Of a stretch of 64,000 bases of DNA, positions 10,002 through 18,236 are shown piece after piece (position 1 is the first letter of the stretch; each line of letters begins with the position of its first letter). The notes beneath the pieces were generated by a model. That model was not told the origin of the DNA, ran no database searches, and saw nothing but the letters and a program-made list of their open reading frames with translations. This stretch comes from an uncultured delta proteobacterium (GTDB lineage: Bacteria; Desulfobacterota; Binatia; UBA9968). The position numbers and the translations under genes were made by a program. The stretch is from positions 640,001 to 704,000 of the forward strand of contig CAVYTU010000014.1 in NCBI GenBank assembly GCA_963771465.1, read 5' to 3'.

Positions 10002-11366
10002 ATGAATTCGACGCAAAAGTTGGCGCGCTATGCGCTCGAGCTCAAATACCGGCAAATTCCGCCGGAGGTTATCGAGCGCGCCAAGATTTGTATTCTCGAT
10101 ACGCTGGCGGTGTCGCTTTACGGATCGACCAAGCCGTGGAGCAAAATCGTCAGCGATTTTGTTTTTGCTTCAGGCGCAAAGGGCCGTTCTACCGTCTTCG
10201 GTAGCACGCAGAAGGCGCCGGCTGAGCGCGCTGCGTTGGCCAACGGCGCGATGGCGCATGCCTTCGAGCTCGACAACGTACGCCAGCCCGGTGCCGGCGT
10301 ACATCCGGGCGCTACCGGGTTCTTGCCCGCGTTCGCCATGGCGGAAGAAACGCGAGCCGATGGGAAAGCGTTGCTCACCGCGTTCGTCGCTGGCTGCGAA
10401 GTCATGTCACGGATCGGTGTCGCCGCGGGAAATTCCCTAGAGCGCAGAGGTTTCCACGCGCCAGGTTTAACTGGCACATTCGGCGCTGCGGTCGCGGCGG
10501 GGCGATTGCTCGGCTTGAATGAAAAAAAGCTGGTTAATGCTCTAGGCATTGCCGGCTCATACTCCGGCGGGTTGATCGAGTTTTCCCGCTGTCAGGAAGG
10601 CGCCATGATCAAGCGGCTCCATCTTGGCAAAGCGGCTGAAGGCGGTGTGACCGCGGCGCAACTAGCTCACCGCGGTTTCGCCGGGCCGGAGAGCGTGCTC
10701 GAAGGCAAGTTTGGTTTTTGCCAGACTTTTTCCGACTCGCCCAAACTTGAATATCTCACTCATCGGCTCGGTAGCGTGTGGGAGAGCATGAACATCTGCA
10801 TCAAGCGCTGCGCTTGTCATATCAACGCGCACGCGCCGATCGAAGCGCTGCAAGCGCTTCGCAGTGAATTCCAGTTCGAGCCGGAAGATATTCGCGAAAT
10901 CGAAATCGGCGGCATCGAAAAACTAATTACGCATCACGCCAACTACCGGCCGACGGATTTGATGATGGCACAGTATAGTATCCCTTTCTGTGTGGCATTG
11001 AGCGTTTACTTCGATCCGACTGACCCGGCGAATTTTGACGAGCTGAAACTCAAAGACAAAAAAATTCTCGCGCTGATGCGCAAGGTCCGATTGACGGTCG
11101 ACCCTGAGATCGAAGCAAAGGGCTGGGACCGTGCGGCGCGGCTGACCGTGGACCTAGGAAAAAAAGGGCGCCATACCAAGTTGGTCATTCATTTTAAAGG
11201 CACGCCCGGTAATCCAATGAGCGGCGCGGAAGTCGAAGACAAAGGGAGAAAATTAACCCGCGACATTCTATCGCCGCGGCAATTGGCGCGTCTGGTCGGC
11301 GCCGTGGCCAACTTGGAAAAGATCGCCGACGTGTCGAAGATCGGTGCGCTGCTGAGAACCGCATAG
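10002..11366 (+). CDS. MmgE/PrpD family protein
   Basis: AKICILDTLAV, ALANGAMAHAFELDN..VHP, RGFH, KRLHLG, GTPGNPMS. Confidence 0.92.
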   Translation: MNSTQKLARYALELKYRQIPPEVIERAKICILDTLAVSLYGSTKPWSKIVSDFVFASGAKGRSTVFGSTQKAPAERAALANGAMAHAFELDNVRQPGAGVHPGATGFLPAFAMAEETRADGKALLTAFVAGCEVMSRIGVAAGNSLERRGFHAPGLTGTFGAAVAAGRLLGLNEKKLVNALGIAGSYSGGLIEFSRCQEGAMIKRLHLGKAAEGGVTAAQLAHRGFAGPESVLEGKFGFCQTFSDSPKLEYLTHRLGSVWESMNICIKRCACHINAHAPIEALQALRSEFQFEPEDIREIEIGGIEKLITHHANYRPTDLMMAQYSIPFCVALSVYFDPTDPANFDELKLKDKKILALMRKVRLTVDPEIEAKGWDRAARLTVDLGKKGRHTKLVIHFKGTPGNPMSGAEVEDKGRKLTRDILSPRQLARLVGAVANLEKIADVSKIGALLRTA

Positions 11367-12484
11367 TGAAGATTAGCGCAATCACGGCTTATCCGCTGAT
11401 TCTTCCCGTCAGTGAAATCTACGGCGGTGCCGCCGGCTTTCTCGAAGACTGCCGCACGCTGATCATCCGAGTCGAAAGCGATAACGGTGTTGCGGGTTGG
11501 GGCGAAGCGACTCAAGGCCGGCCCGGCAATACCTACGAGACCTTGGAAACCATGGACATCATGGTGCGCAAGTATTTCGCGCCGGGGCTCGTCGGTATGA
11601 ATCTCGAAGATACCGGCGCCGTTATCACTAAACTCCAGTCGACTCGTTACGGCCACCCGATCACCAAAGCCGGTGTCGAGATCGCGCTATACGATGCGCT
11701 GGGGAAATTCTATAACGTCCCGGTCTTTCGCCTCCTCGGTGGACCGTATCGGAAGCAGATTGAATTGGTCGGCGGACTCGGCATTGACCTGTCGGCGGAA
11801 ACGATTGGCGCAAAAGCACGGCAGCTTTGGCAAGACGGCTGTCGCGCGTTCAAACTTAAGATCGGTCAAAAAGATAGCGCAAAGGATATTGCCCGGGTAC
11901 GCGCGGTGCGCGAAGCTGTCGGCGACGATGCGACGATTCGTGTCGATGGCAATGCCAGCTATTCTTTCGTCGATGCGCGGGAAATTCTCAATGCGCTCAG
12001 TCAGTTCCGGCTTGCCGACGCGGAGCAGCCGCTAGCTCGCGGCGATCTTAAAAGTTTGGCCGAACTGCGCCGCGCGGTCGGCGTGCCGATCGCCGTCCAA
12101 GAGAGCGTCAGTTCCGCGGAAGATGCCCTGGCGGTCCTTGAAGCAGGAGCAGCCGATCTTTTGAAGATAAAATTGACTCACATCGGCGGCTTCCAAAAAG
12201 CTCTGCAAGTTGCCGCCGTGGTGGGTGCAAAAAGCCTTCCCGTGGTTGTCGGTCAAGGTAGCGCTTGCACACCATTACTCTCCGCCGCGGAGATGCACTT
12301 GCACGCCGCGTTGCCCAACGCCCAGCCGGGTGGCGAAATGACCGGCTTCTTACGGCTCGGCGACCAAGATATTTTTAGTGGCATTGAAGTCACCCGTGGC
12401 AAAGTAACTCTCACCAATGCAGCGGGACTGGGCATCGAAGTGAACCAGAAACGATTGGCTGACGTGGCGCTCGCCGTCAATTAA
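11366..12484 (+). CDS. Enolase superfamily (muconate cycloisomerase/dipeptide epimerase-like) enzyme
   Basis: GWGEA, EIALYDALGK..VPVFRLLGG, FKLKIG, VDGN, EQP, LKIKL, GLGIEVN. Confidence 0.9.
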   Translation: MKISAITAYPLILPVSEIYGGAAGFLEDCRTLIIRVESDNGVAGWGEATQGRPGNTYETLETMDIMVRKYFAPGLVGMNLEDTGAVITKLQSTRYGHPITKAGVEIALYDALGKFYNVPVFRLLGGPYRKQIELVGGLGIDLSAETIGAKARQLWQDGCRAFKLKIGQKDSAKDIARVRAVREAVGDDATIRVDGNASYSFVDAREILNALSQFRLADAEQPLARGDLKSLAELRRAVGVPIAVQESVSSAEDALAVLEAGAADLLKIKLTHIGGFQKALQVAAVVGAKSLPVVVGQGSACTPLLSAAEMHLHAALPNAQPGGEMTGFLRLGDQDIFSGIEVTRGKVTLTNAAGLGIEVNQKRLADVALAVN

Positions 12485-12514
12485 CACCTGCAAAACCTCG
12501 TCCCCTTCACTGAT

Positions 12515-12550
12515 TGCCTAGCTTATAAGCAGCTGCCGTATTTCTGGGCG
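12515..12550 (+). promoter_or_regulatory. Tandem NtrC-like enhancer sites upstream of amtB
   Basis: TGCCTA-N5-TAAGCA near-palindrome plus weaker TGCCGT-N5-TGGGCG, about 75-110 bp upstream of the -24 box. Confidence 0.55.
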
Positions 12551-12623
12551 GCTAATCTTCTTCCACTCTCGCTGTGAACAACGCAAGTTGTTAAAAAACC
12601 GATAGACAAAGAAGTTGTTCCTA

Positions 12624-12639
12624 TGGCATAAGCGTTGCG
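12624..12639 (+). promoter_or_regulatory. Sigma-54 -24/-12 promoter of amtB
   Basis: TGGCAT-AAGCG-TTGCG (GG-N10-GC). Confidence 0.75.
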
Positions 12640-12712
12640 TTATGGCATTTGCGCAACGCAATTGGTAACTTCTGGCGCCTAATTCTGTCGCAACAAACGG
12701 GGAGGTTTGATT

Positions 12713-14119
12713 GTGAAATCGAAAAAGATTGCTTGGTTGCTCGTTTTTATTGTATGGGTTTTTTTCGCCCCGCTGCTGGCCCTATCGGCTTCTGCCCAGG
12801 AAACTCAGTCACCCCCCGCAGCCGGCCCGGCGGTAAGCCCGTCCGTTCCAGCTCCAGTACCCGCGCCGAGCGCGCCAGCGGCTCCGGCAGCGCCACCAAA
12901 GGTCGATAAGGGGGACAACGCGTGGATGCTCACCTCCGCCGCGTTAGTTTTAATGATGACGATCCCCGGGTTGTTTCTTTTTTATGGTGGACTTGTGCGC
13001 AGCAAAAATGTTCTCGGCACGATCATGCATAGTTTCATCATGGTCGGCGTCATTACTATCCAATGGGTTCTTTGGGGCTATTCCGTCGCCTTTGGGCCTG
13101 ACGTTGGGGGAATGTTCGGTAGCTTCGCTTGGGTTGGTTTGAACGGTGTCGGCGCGGAACCTAATGCCGACTACGCAGCGACGATTCCACATCAGACCTT
13201 CATGATCTACCAGATGATGTTCGCGATCATCACACCCGCGCTGATTACAGGCGCTTTCGCCGAACGGATTAAGTTCAGCACGTTCTTGGTCTTCATGATC
13301 CTCTGGTCGACAATTGTCTATGATCCGCTGGCGCATTGGGTTTGGGGCGTCAAGGGTTGGTTGCGTGAAATGGGCGCCTTGGATTTTGCCGGTGGAACGG
13401 TAGTCCATATCAGTTCGGGAGCGTCGGCGCTGGTCGCGGCGATCATGTTTGGCCGGCGCATCGGCTACGGTCAAGAAGCGATGCCACCGCATAATTTGCC
13501 TTTCAGTGTGATCGGCGCCGGGCTTCTTTGGGTTGGCTGGTTTGGCTTCAACGCTGGTAGTGCATTGGCGGCTGACGGATTGGCGACCTCGGCATTCGTT
13601 GCAACCCATGTCGCCACCGCCGCCGCCGCTTTGGCTTGGCTTGCCATGGATTGGATCCGGGGAAAACCGACGATGCTCGGTGCGGCGAGCGGCGCGGTTG
13701 CCGGCTTAGTTGCGATTACGCCGGGTGCCGGCTTTGTCGGGCCGATGTCGGCGATCATCATCGGCGCCGTCGGTGGTGTGCTGTGTTCCATCGCCTGTAG
13801 CCTCAAGCCAAAGTTTGGCTACGACGATTCCCTTGATGTCGTCGGCGTCCATGGTGTCGGCGGCACATGGGGCGCGTTGGCGACCGGCTTGTTCGCTTCC
13901 AAAGCGATCAATGCCGCCGGCAACGACGGATTTTTCTTCGGCAACCCCGGCCAACTCTGGACGCAGCTGATTAGTGTCGTGGTAACGATCGCATTCGCGA
14001 TGATCGTAACCGCAATTATTCTTTCCATCTTGAAAGCGACTATGGGTCTCCGTGTTTCCGATGAAGAGGAGCGCATGGGCTTGGATCTGACGCAACATAA
14101 TGAGCGCGCCTATGAGTAA
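12713..14119 (+). CDS. amtB: Ammonium transporter
   Basis: GDNAWML, FYGGLVRSKN, YQMMFAIITPALI, LDFAGGTVVHISSG, GWFGFNAGS, DDSLDVVGVHG; GTG after GGAGG. Confidence 0.97.
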   Translation: MKSKKIAWLLVFIVWVFFAPLLALSASAQETQSPPAAGPAVSPSVPAPVPAPSAPAAPAAPPKVDKGDNAWMLTSAALVLMMTIPGLFLFYGGLVRSKNVLGTIMHSFIMVGVITIQWVLWGYSVAFGPDVGGMFGSFAWVGLNGVGAEPNADYAATIPHQTFMIYQMMFAIITPALITGAFAERIKFSTFLVFMILWSTIVYDPLAHWVWGVKGWLREMGALDFAGGTVVHISSGASALVAAIMFGRRIGYGQEAMPPHNLPFSVIGAGLLWVGWFGFNAGSALAADGLATSAFVATHVATAAAALAWLAMDWIRGKPTMLGAASGAVAGLVAITPGAGFVGPMSAIIIGAVGGVLCSIACSLKPKFGYDDSLDVVGVHGVGGTWGALATGLFASKAINAAGNDGFFFGNPGQLWTQLISVVVTIAFAMIVTAIILSILKATMGLRVSDEEERMGLDLTQHNERAYE

Positions 14120-14216
14120 TCAAGCGATAGACAAGGCTGGTTCTCGACAAAAGAATGTGATAACTGAAGTGCGACTTAGAAATAAATTCACCAGTTAAGG
14201 AGAGGAGCCGAGCGAC

Positions 14217-15632
14217 ATGAGTGTGAAAGACGCCCTAGAGATGGCGAAGAAAAACAAAGCAGAGATAGTCGATTTCAAGTTTATCGACGTACCGGGGTTG
14301 TGGCAACATTTTTCGATACCGGCAACTGAATTATCAGCCGACGTATTCGAGCAAGGATTGGGGTTCGACGGATCGAGCATACGGGGTTTTCAAAGCATCA
14401 ACGAGTCCGACATGATTTTGCTCCCCGATCCCGACACCGCCATGATGGACCCGTTCACCGAACACTCCACGATTAGTTTTCTTTGCAATGTATTGGACGC
14501 CATCACCCGCGAACCGTACTCCCGAGATCCCCGCTACGTCGCGCAAAAAGCCGAGAAGTATTTAAAGTCCTCCGGCATCGCTGACATCAGTTACTGGGGC
14601 CCCGAGATCGAGTTTTTTATCTTCGACAGCATCCGCTTTGATCAAAACCACCACGAAGGCTACTATCACATCGACTCCAGCGAAGGGTTCTGGAACTCCG
14701 GCAACGGCGAAGGTCCCAATCTCGGCAACAAGATCCGATACAAAGAAGGCTACTTTCCCGTACCGCCGATGGATCAGTATCAGGATCTGCGCTCCGAGAT
14801 GGTGCTCAACCTAGAGAAATGCGGCATCAAAGTCGAAGTCCATCACCACGAAGTCGCCACCGGCGGCCAGACCGAGATCGACATGCGGTTTGACACCATG
14901 ACCAAGATGGCCGACAAGGTGTTGCTGTATAAGTATGTGGTCAAGAACACGGCTAAAAAGCGCGGCAAGGTGGTCACGGTCATGCCCAAGCCGCTGTTTC
15001 AAGACAACGGTTCCGGCATGCACTGCCACCAGAGTCTGTGGAAAGCCGGCAAGAATATCTTTTACGACAAGAAGGGCTATGGATTGATCAGCGACACGGC
15101 AAGGCACTACATCGGCGGCTTGATCAAACACGCCCACGCGCTGTGCGGTTTCATCGCGCCGACAACCAACTCGTATAGGAGATTGGTCCCCGGCTACGAA
15201 GCGCCGATTAATTTAGTTTACTCGGCGCGAAACAGAAGTGCCTGTGTGCGCATCCCGATGTACTCGACCAGCGAGAAGGCCAAGCGGCTAGAGTTTCGCA
15301 CCCCCGATCCGAGCTGCAATCCGTACTTTGCCTTTCCGGCCATGATGATGGCGGGGTTGGACGGGATCAGAAACAAGATTGAGCCGCCCAAACCGATCGA
15401 CAAGAACCTATACGAACTCGAGCCCGAAGAGGCGGCCAAGGTGAAGTCGATGCCGGGGTCGTTGGATCAAGCGTTGGACGCCTTGGAGAAGGATCATGAC
15501 TTTTTGCTGAGAGGCGATGTGTTCACCAAGGACGTGATCGAGACCTGGTTGGAGTACAAGAGAAAGAACGAGATCGATGCCATCCGGCTCCGTCCCCATC
15601 CTTGGGAGTTCGCTCTCTATTTCGATATCTGA
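14217..15632 (+). CDS. glnA: Glutamine synthetase type I
   Basis: [47 protein letters not shown], adenylylation-site NLYEL. Confidence 0.98.
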   Translation: MSVKDALEMAKKNKAEIVDFKFIDVPGLWQHFSIPATELSADVFEQGLGFDGSSIRGFQSINESDMILLPDPDTAMMDPFTEHSTISFLCNVLDAITREPYSRDPRYVAQKAEKYLKSSGIADISYWGPEIEFFIFDSIRFDQNHHEGYYHIDSSEGFWNSGNGEGPNLGNKIRYKEGYFPVPPMDQYQDLRSEMVLNLEKCGIKVEVHHHEVATGGQTEIDMRFDTMTKMADKVLLYKYVVKNTAKKRGKVVTVMPKPLFQDNGSGMHCHQSLWKAGKNIFYDKKGYGLISDTARHYIGGLIKHAHALCGFIAPTTNSYRRLVPGYEAPINLVYSARNRSACVRIPMYSTSEKAKRLEFRTPDPSCNPYFAFPAMMMAGLDGIRNKIEPPKPIDKNLYELEPEEAAKVKSMPGSLDQALDALEKDHDFLLRGDVFTKDVIETWLEYKRKNEIDAIRLRPHPWEFALYFDI

Positions 15633-15643
15633 TGACTAGGTAA

Positions 15644-16033
<390 letters not shown>

Positions 16034-16070
16034 CGACCGATTAATCTACTTAACCGGCCTTGGTGACCAT

Positions 16071-16114
16071 AAGCGAAAGCCCAATGCGGAGTACCGTGTT
16101 GGGCTTTCGCTTTT
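16071..16114 (+). terminator. Rho-independent terminator after glnB
   Basis: AAGCGAAAGCCCAATGCGG-AGTA-CCGTGTTGGGCTTTCGCTT stem ending in a T run. Confidence 0.8.
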
Positions 16115-16479
16115 CCAATCTTGCTACCTTGTTATTTACCACTTACATCACTACCTCACGTCTCTCGTCACGAAATCGCCAATTGGATTTTGCATGGGTG
16201 GGTAACTCCGACTAATCATTCCAATAATCCTCCCGTGAGTCGCCTCCTACATCCGATTGTGCCTGTACGCGCACTGAGCAGTCGATATGAATCGTCGGCA
16301 GCCAATATCTGCGGTATCGGCGCTCAGTGAACAATGAACGCACGAAATGACAAACTTGGTTACTATTCGATCTACCAATGATCAAATGCGCGCATTTCGT
16401 GAATCCTTGTTTGGCACTCTAGCGGCAAATTTTCGTCGCCAACGTATTTCGAGCGAGGAATCGCGCCACTACATCTACA

Positions 16480-16495
16480 TGGCATGTACTCTGCT
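16480..16495 (+). promoter_or_regulatory. Sigma-54 promoter of the major pilin gene
   Basis: TGGCAT-GTACT-CTGCT (GG-N10-GC) about 40 bp before the ATG. Confidence 0.55.
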
Positions 16496-16534
16496 TATCG
16501 GCAGATACAACAAATTCTTTGACGGAGGATATAG

Positions 16535-16999
16535 ATGAAAAAATCTCGATTGGTTTTGGCAGCAGTGACCGCTGGAGTAATGGCGATGAGCGCCGCCCCG
16601 GCGCTGGCAGCGTCAGCAAGCCAGCAATTCAACGTAAAAGCTACGGTGAACGCTAAGTGTTCGATCAAAACGGGTCCCGCTGAATACGACTTCGGCATTT
16701 ATGATCCGACAGTGGCGGCTGACACCGATTCCGGCGCAGGGTCGGCGGTGATAAAATGTACCAAAGGTACGGCCGCTACCATCACTCTTTCAAATCCAGC
16801 GATGTCTAACGGCACGGACAATTTGACCTACTCGTGGTTTCGCGAGGTCGGTAGAACGACCGCTTTCGGCAACTTGGTTTACAATTCAACCAGCAATGCC
16901 GATTATACCGTCGATTTCTTCGGACGTATCGCTGCTCTTCAGGACGTTGGAACGGGTGCCTACAATAACAACACAGCGACATTCACCGTTACTTACTAA
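16535..16999 (+). CDS. Spore coat protein U (SCPU)/CsuA/B-type major pilin
   Basis: Signal peptide, donor-strand-like FNVKATV, Cys pair, YDFGIYDP, FFGRI..QDV.TGAY, C-terminal TVTY. Confidence 0.88.
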   Translation: MKKSRLVLAAVTAGVMAMSAAPALAASASQQFNVKATVNAKCSIKTGPAEYDFGIYDPTVAADTDSGAGSAVIKCTKGTAATITLSNPAMSNGTDNLTYSWFREVGRTTAFGNLVYNSTSNADYTVDFFGRIAALQDVGTGAYNNNTATFTVTY

Positions 17000-17021
17000 G
17001 CCTTAAATTCGCTTTGCTGAT

Positions 17022-17076
17022 GCTGAAAGAGGCGATCGCCCACCGTCGTGGTGCGGTGGCCTCTTTCGGCTTCTTG
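17022..17076 (+). terminator. Hairpin/terminator after the major pilin gene
   Basis: GCTGAAAGAGGC...GCCTCTTTCGGC stem followed by TTCTT. Confidence 0.55.
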
Positions 17077-17152
17077 CCTATTTATAAGCTAAGCTCAATC
17101 TTCGGAAAGTTCCTTCTCTCGATGCGTGCTCGGTGTTTCCGCGTCACGCTAA

Positions 17153-17389
17153 TGCCCTCCTGCGTTCGTTGGTAAGCGGTTCGCTAACCAATACGGTAGT
17201 CCCAGGTGACATAGGATCATAATTGGACAAATTAGTTTTACATTGCACAGCCCGGTCCGGATAAGACCTCCTTTAGTAGTCAAGATTTTGACGTTAATTC
17301 AATAGCTTAACCATTCTGGAAAGCATTTGGCACAGTTACTGCTAAAACTCGCCAGACGGTGTCAAATGACCTTGTCGAACGCAGGGGCA
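17153..17389. repeat. Inverted repeat pair flanking the chaperone-usher promoter
   Basis: CCTGCGTTCG (17159-17168) and CGAACGCAGG (17376-17385) form a perfect 10-bp IR, extendable with a gap to TGCCC/GGGCA. Confidence 0.45.
17328..17343 (+). promoter_or_regulatory. Sigma-54 promoter of the chaperone-usher-pilin operon
   Basis: TGGCAC-AGTTA-CTGCT; IHF-like ATTCAATAGCTTA just upstream. Confidence 0.7.
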
Positions 17390-17430
17390 GCGACTAAGTC
17401 GAAGAGCTCTTTTTGACCATTAGGAGAATT

Positions 17431-18198
17431 ATGATGTTGTTGATTTCGTCTACTCTGAGACGGTGCATGGCAATTTTGCTTTGCTTGTTCAGCTGGGCGC
17501 AGACCAGCGACGGGTTGGCGTCGTCGTTTGAGGTCTCCCCTATTCGCGTGACCTTTTCCCCTAGCGAGTCGACCGCGTTGATGACCGTTCGAAATGACGG
17601 AGATCAAAGGCTCCGCTTGCAGGTGAGCGTGATGGCTTGGAATCAAAATAAGCAGGGTGAAATGGTTCTCGATCCCACTGACGACATTATTTTTTATCCC
17701 AACCTGCTGACCTTAGAACCGGGCGCTCAGCGCAATCTCCGTGTTGGTGTCAATGGCGCTGTGGTAGCGCGAGAAAAATCCTATCGTATTTTCGTCGAGG
17801 AGCTTCCTTCCAACGTGAAGCTTCAATTCACCGGAGTGCGAATAGTTACCAAGGTCAGCATTCCTATCTTTATTCGACCGGCGAAAGCAGAGCATAAAAA
17901 TACAATCGAACGAATCGGGCTCCGGGGTTCCGATGTCACCTTCGAGCTCAAGAACCAGGGTAACGTGCATATTCAACCGCGGGAACTACGAGTCAGAGGG
18001 GTCGCTGCAGACGGCAGCTTACAGCTCGAGCGCAAAATTCCCGGCTGGTACATCCTCGCCGGCGGTTTACGAGAGTATCGCATCGACGTGTCTAAAACCG
18101 AGTGTATGAAAATCAGAGAGCTAATCGTCGAAGTGGATTTGGAAGACAAACCCTTCAAAGAAACATGGGTCGTGCCATCCGGAGCTTGCGCGCGCTAA
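17431..18198 (+). CDS. Fimbrial periplasmic chaperone (CsuC/PapD-like)
   Basis: FEVSPIRV, VRNDG, WNQ, GAQRNLRVG, EKSYRIFVEELP, SIPIFI, NQGNVH, YILAG; SD AGGAG. Confidence 0.9.
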   Translation: MMLLISSTLRRCMAILLCLFSWAQTSDGLASSFEVSPIRVTFSPSESTALMTVRNDGDQRLRLQVSVMAWNQNKQGEMVLDPTDDIIFYPNLLTLEPGAQRNLRVGVNGAVVAREKSYRIFVEELPSNVKLQFTGVRIVTKVSIPIFIRPAKAEHKNTIERIGLRGSDVTFELKNQGNVHIQPRELRVRGVAADGSLQLERKIPGWYILAGGLREYRIDVSKTECMKIRELIVEVDLEDKPFKETWVVPSGACAR

Positions 18199-18236
18199 CG
18201 TGAAATTGCATTAGCGCCACGATTCGAAGGTCATGC

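Noticed and set aside
16412-16427. Additional sigma-54 box TGGCAC-TCTAG-CGGCA
   Set aside because: Poor -12 element; the box at 16480 is better placed
16121-16538. Short ORFs and a c-di-GMP riboswitch upstream of the pilin
   Set aside because: ORFs lack SD and protein-like features; the GGCAAA at about 16424 is not followed by the GEMM tetraloop/receptor pattern
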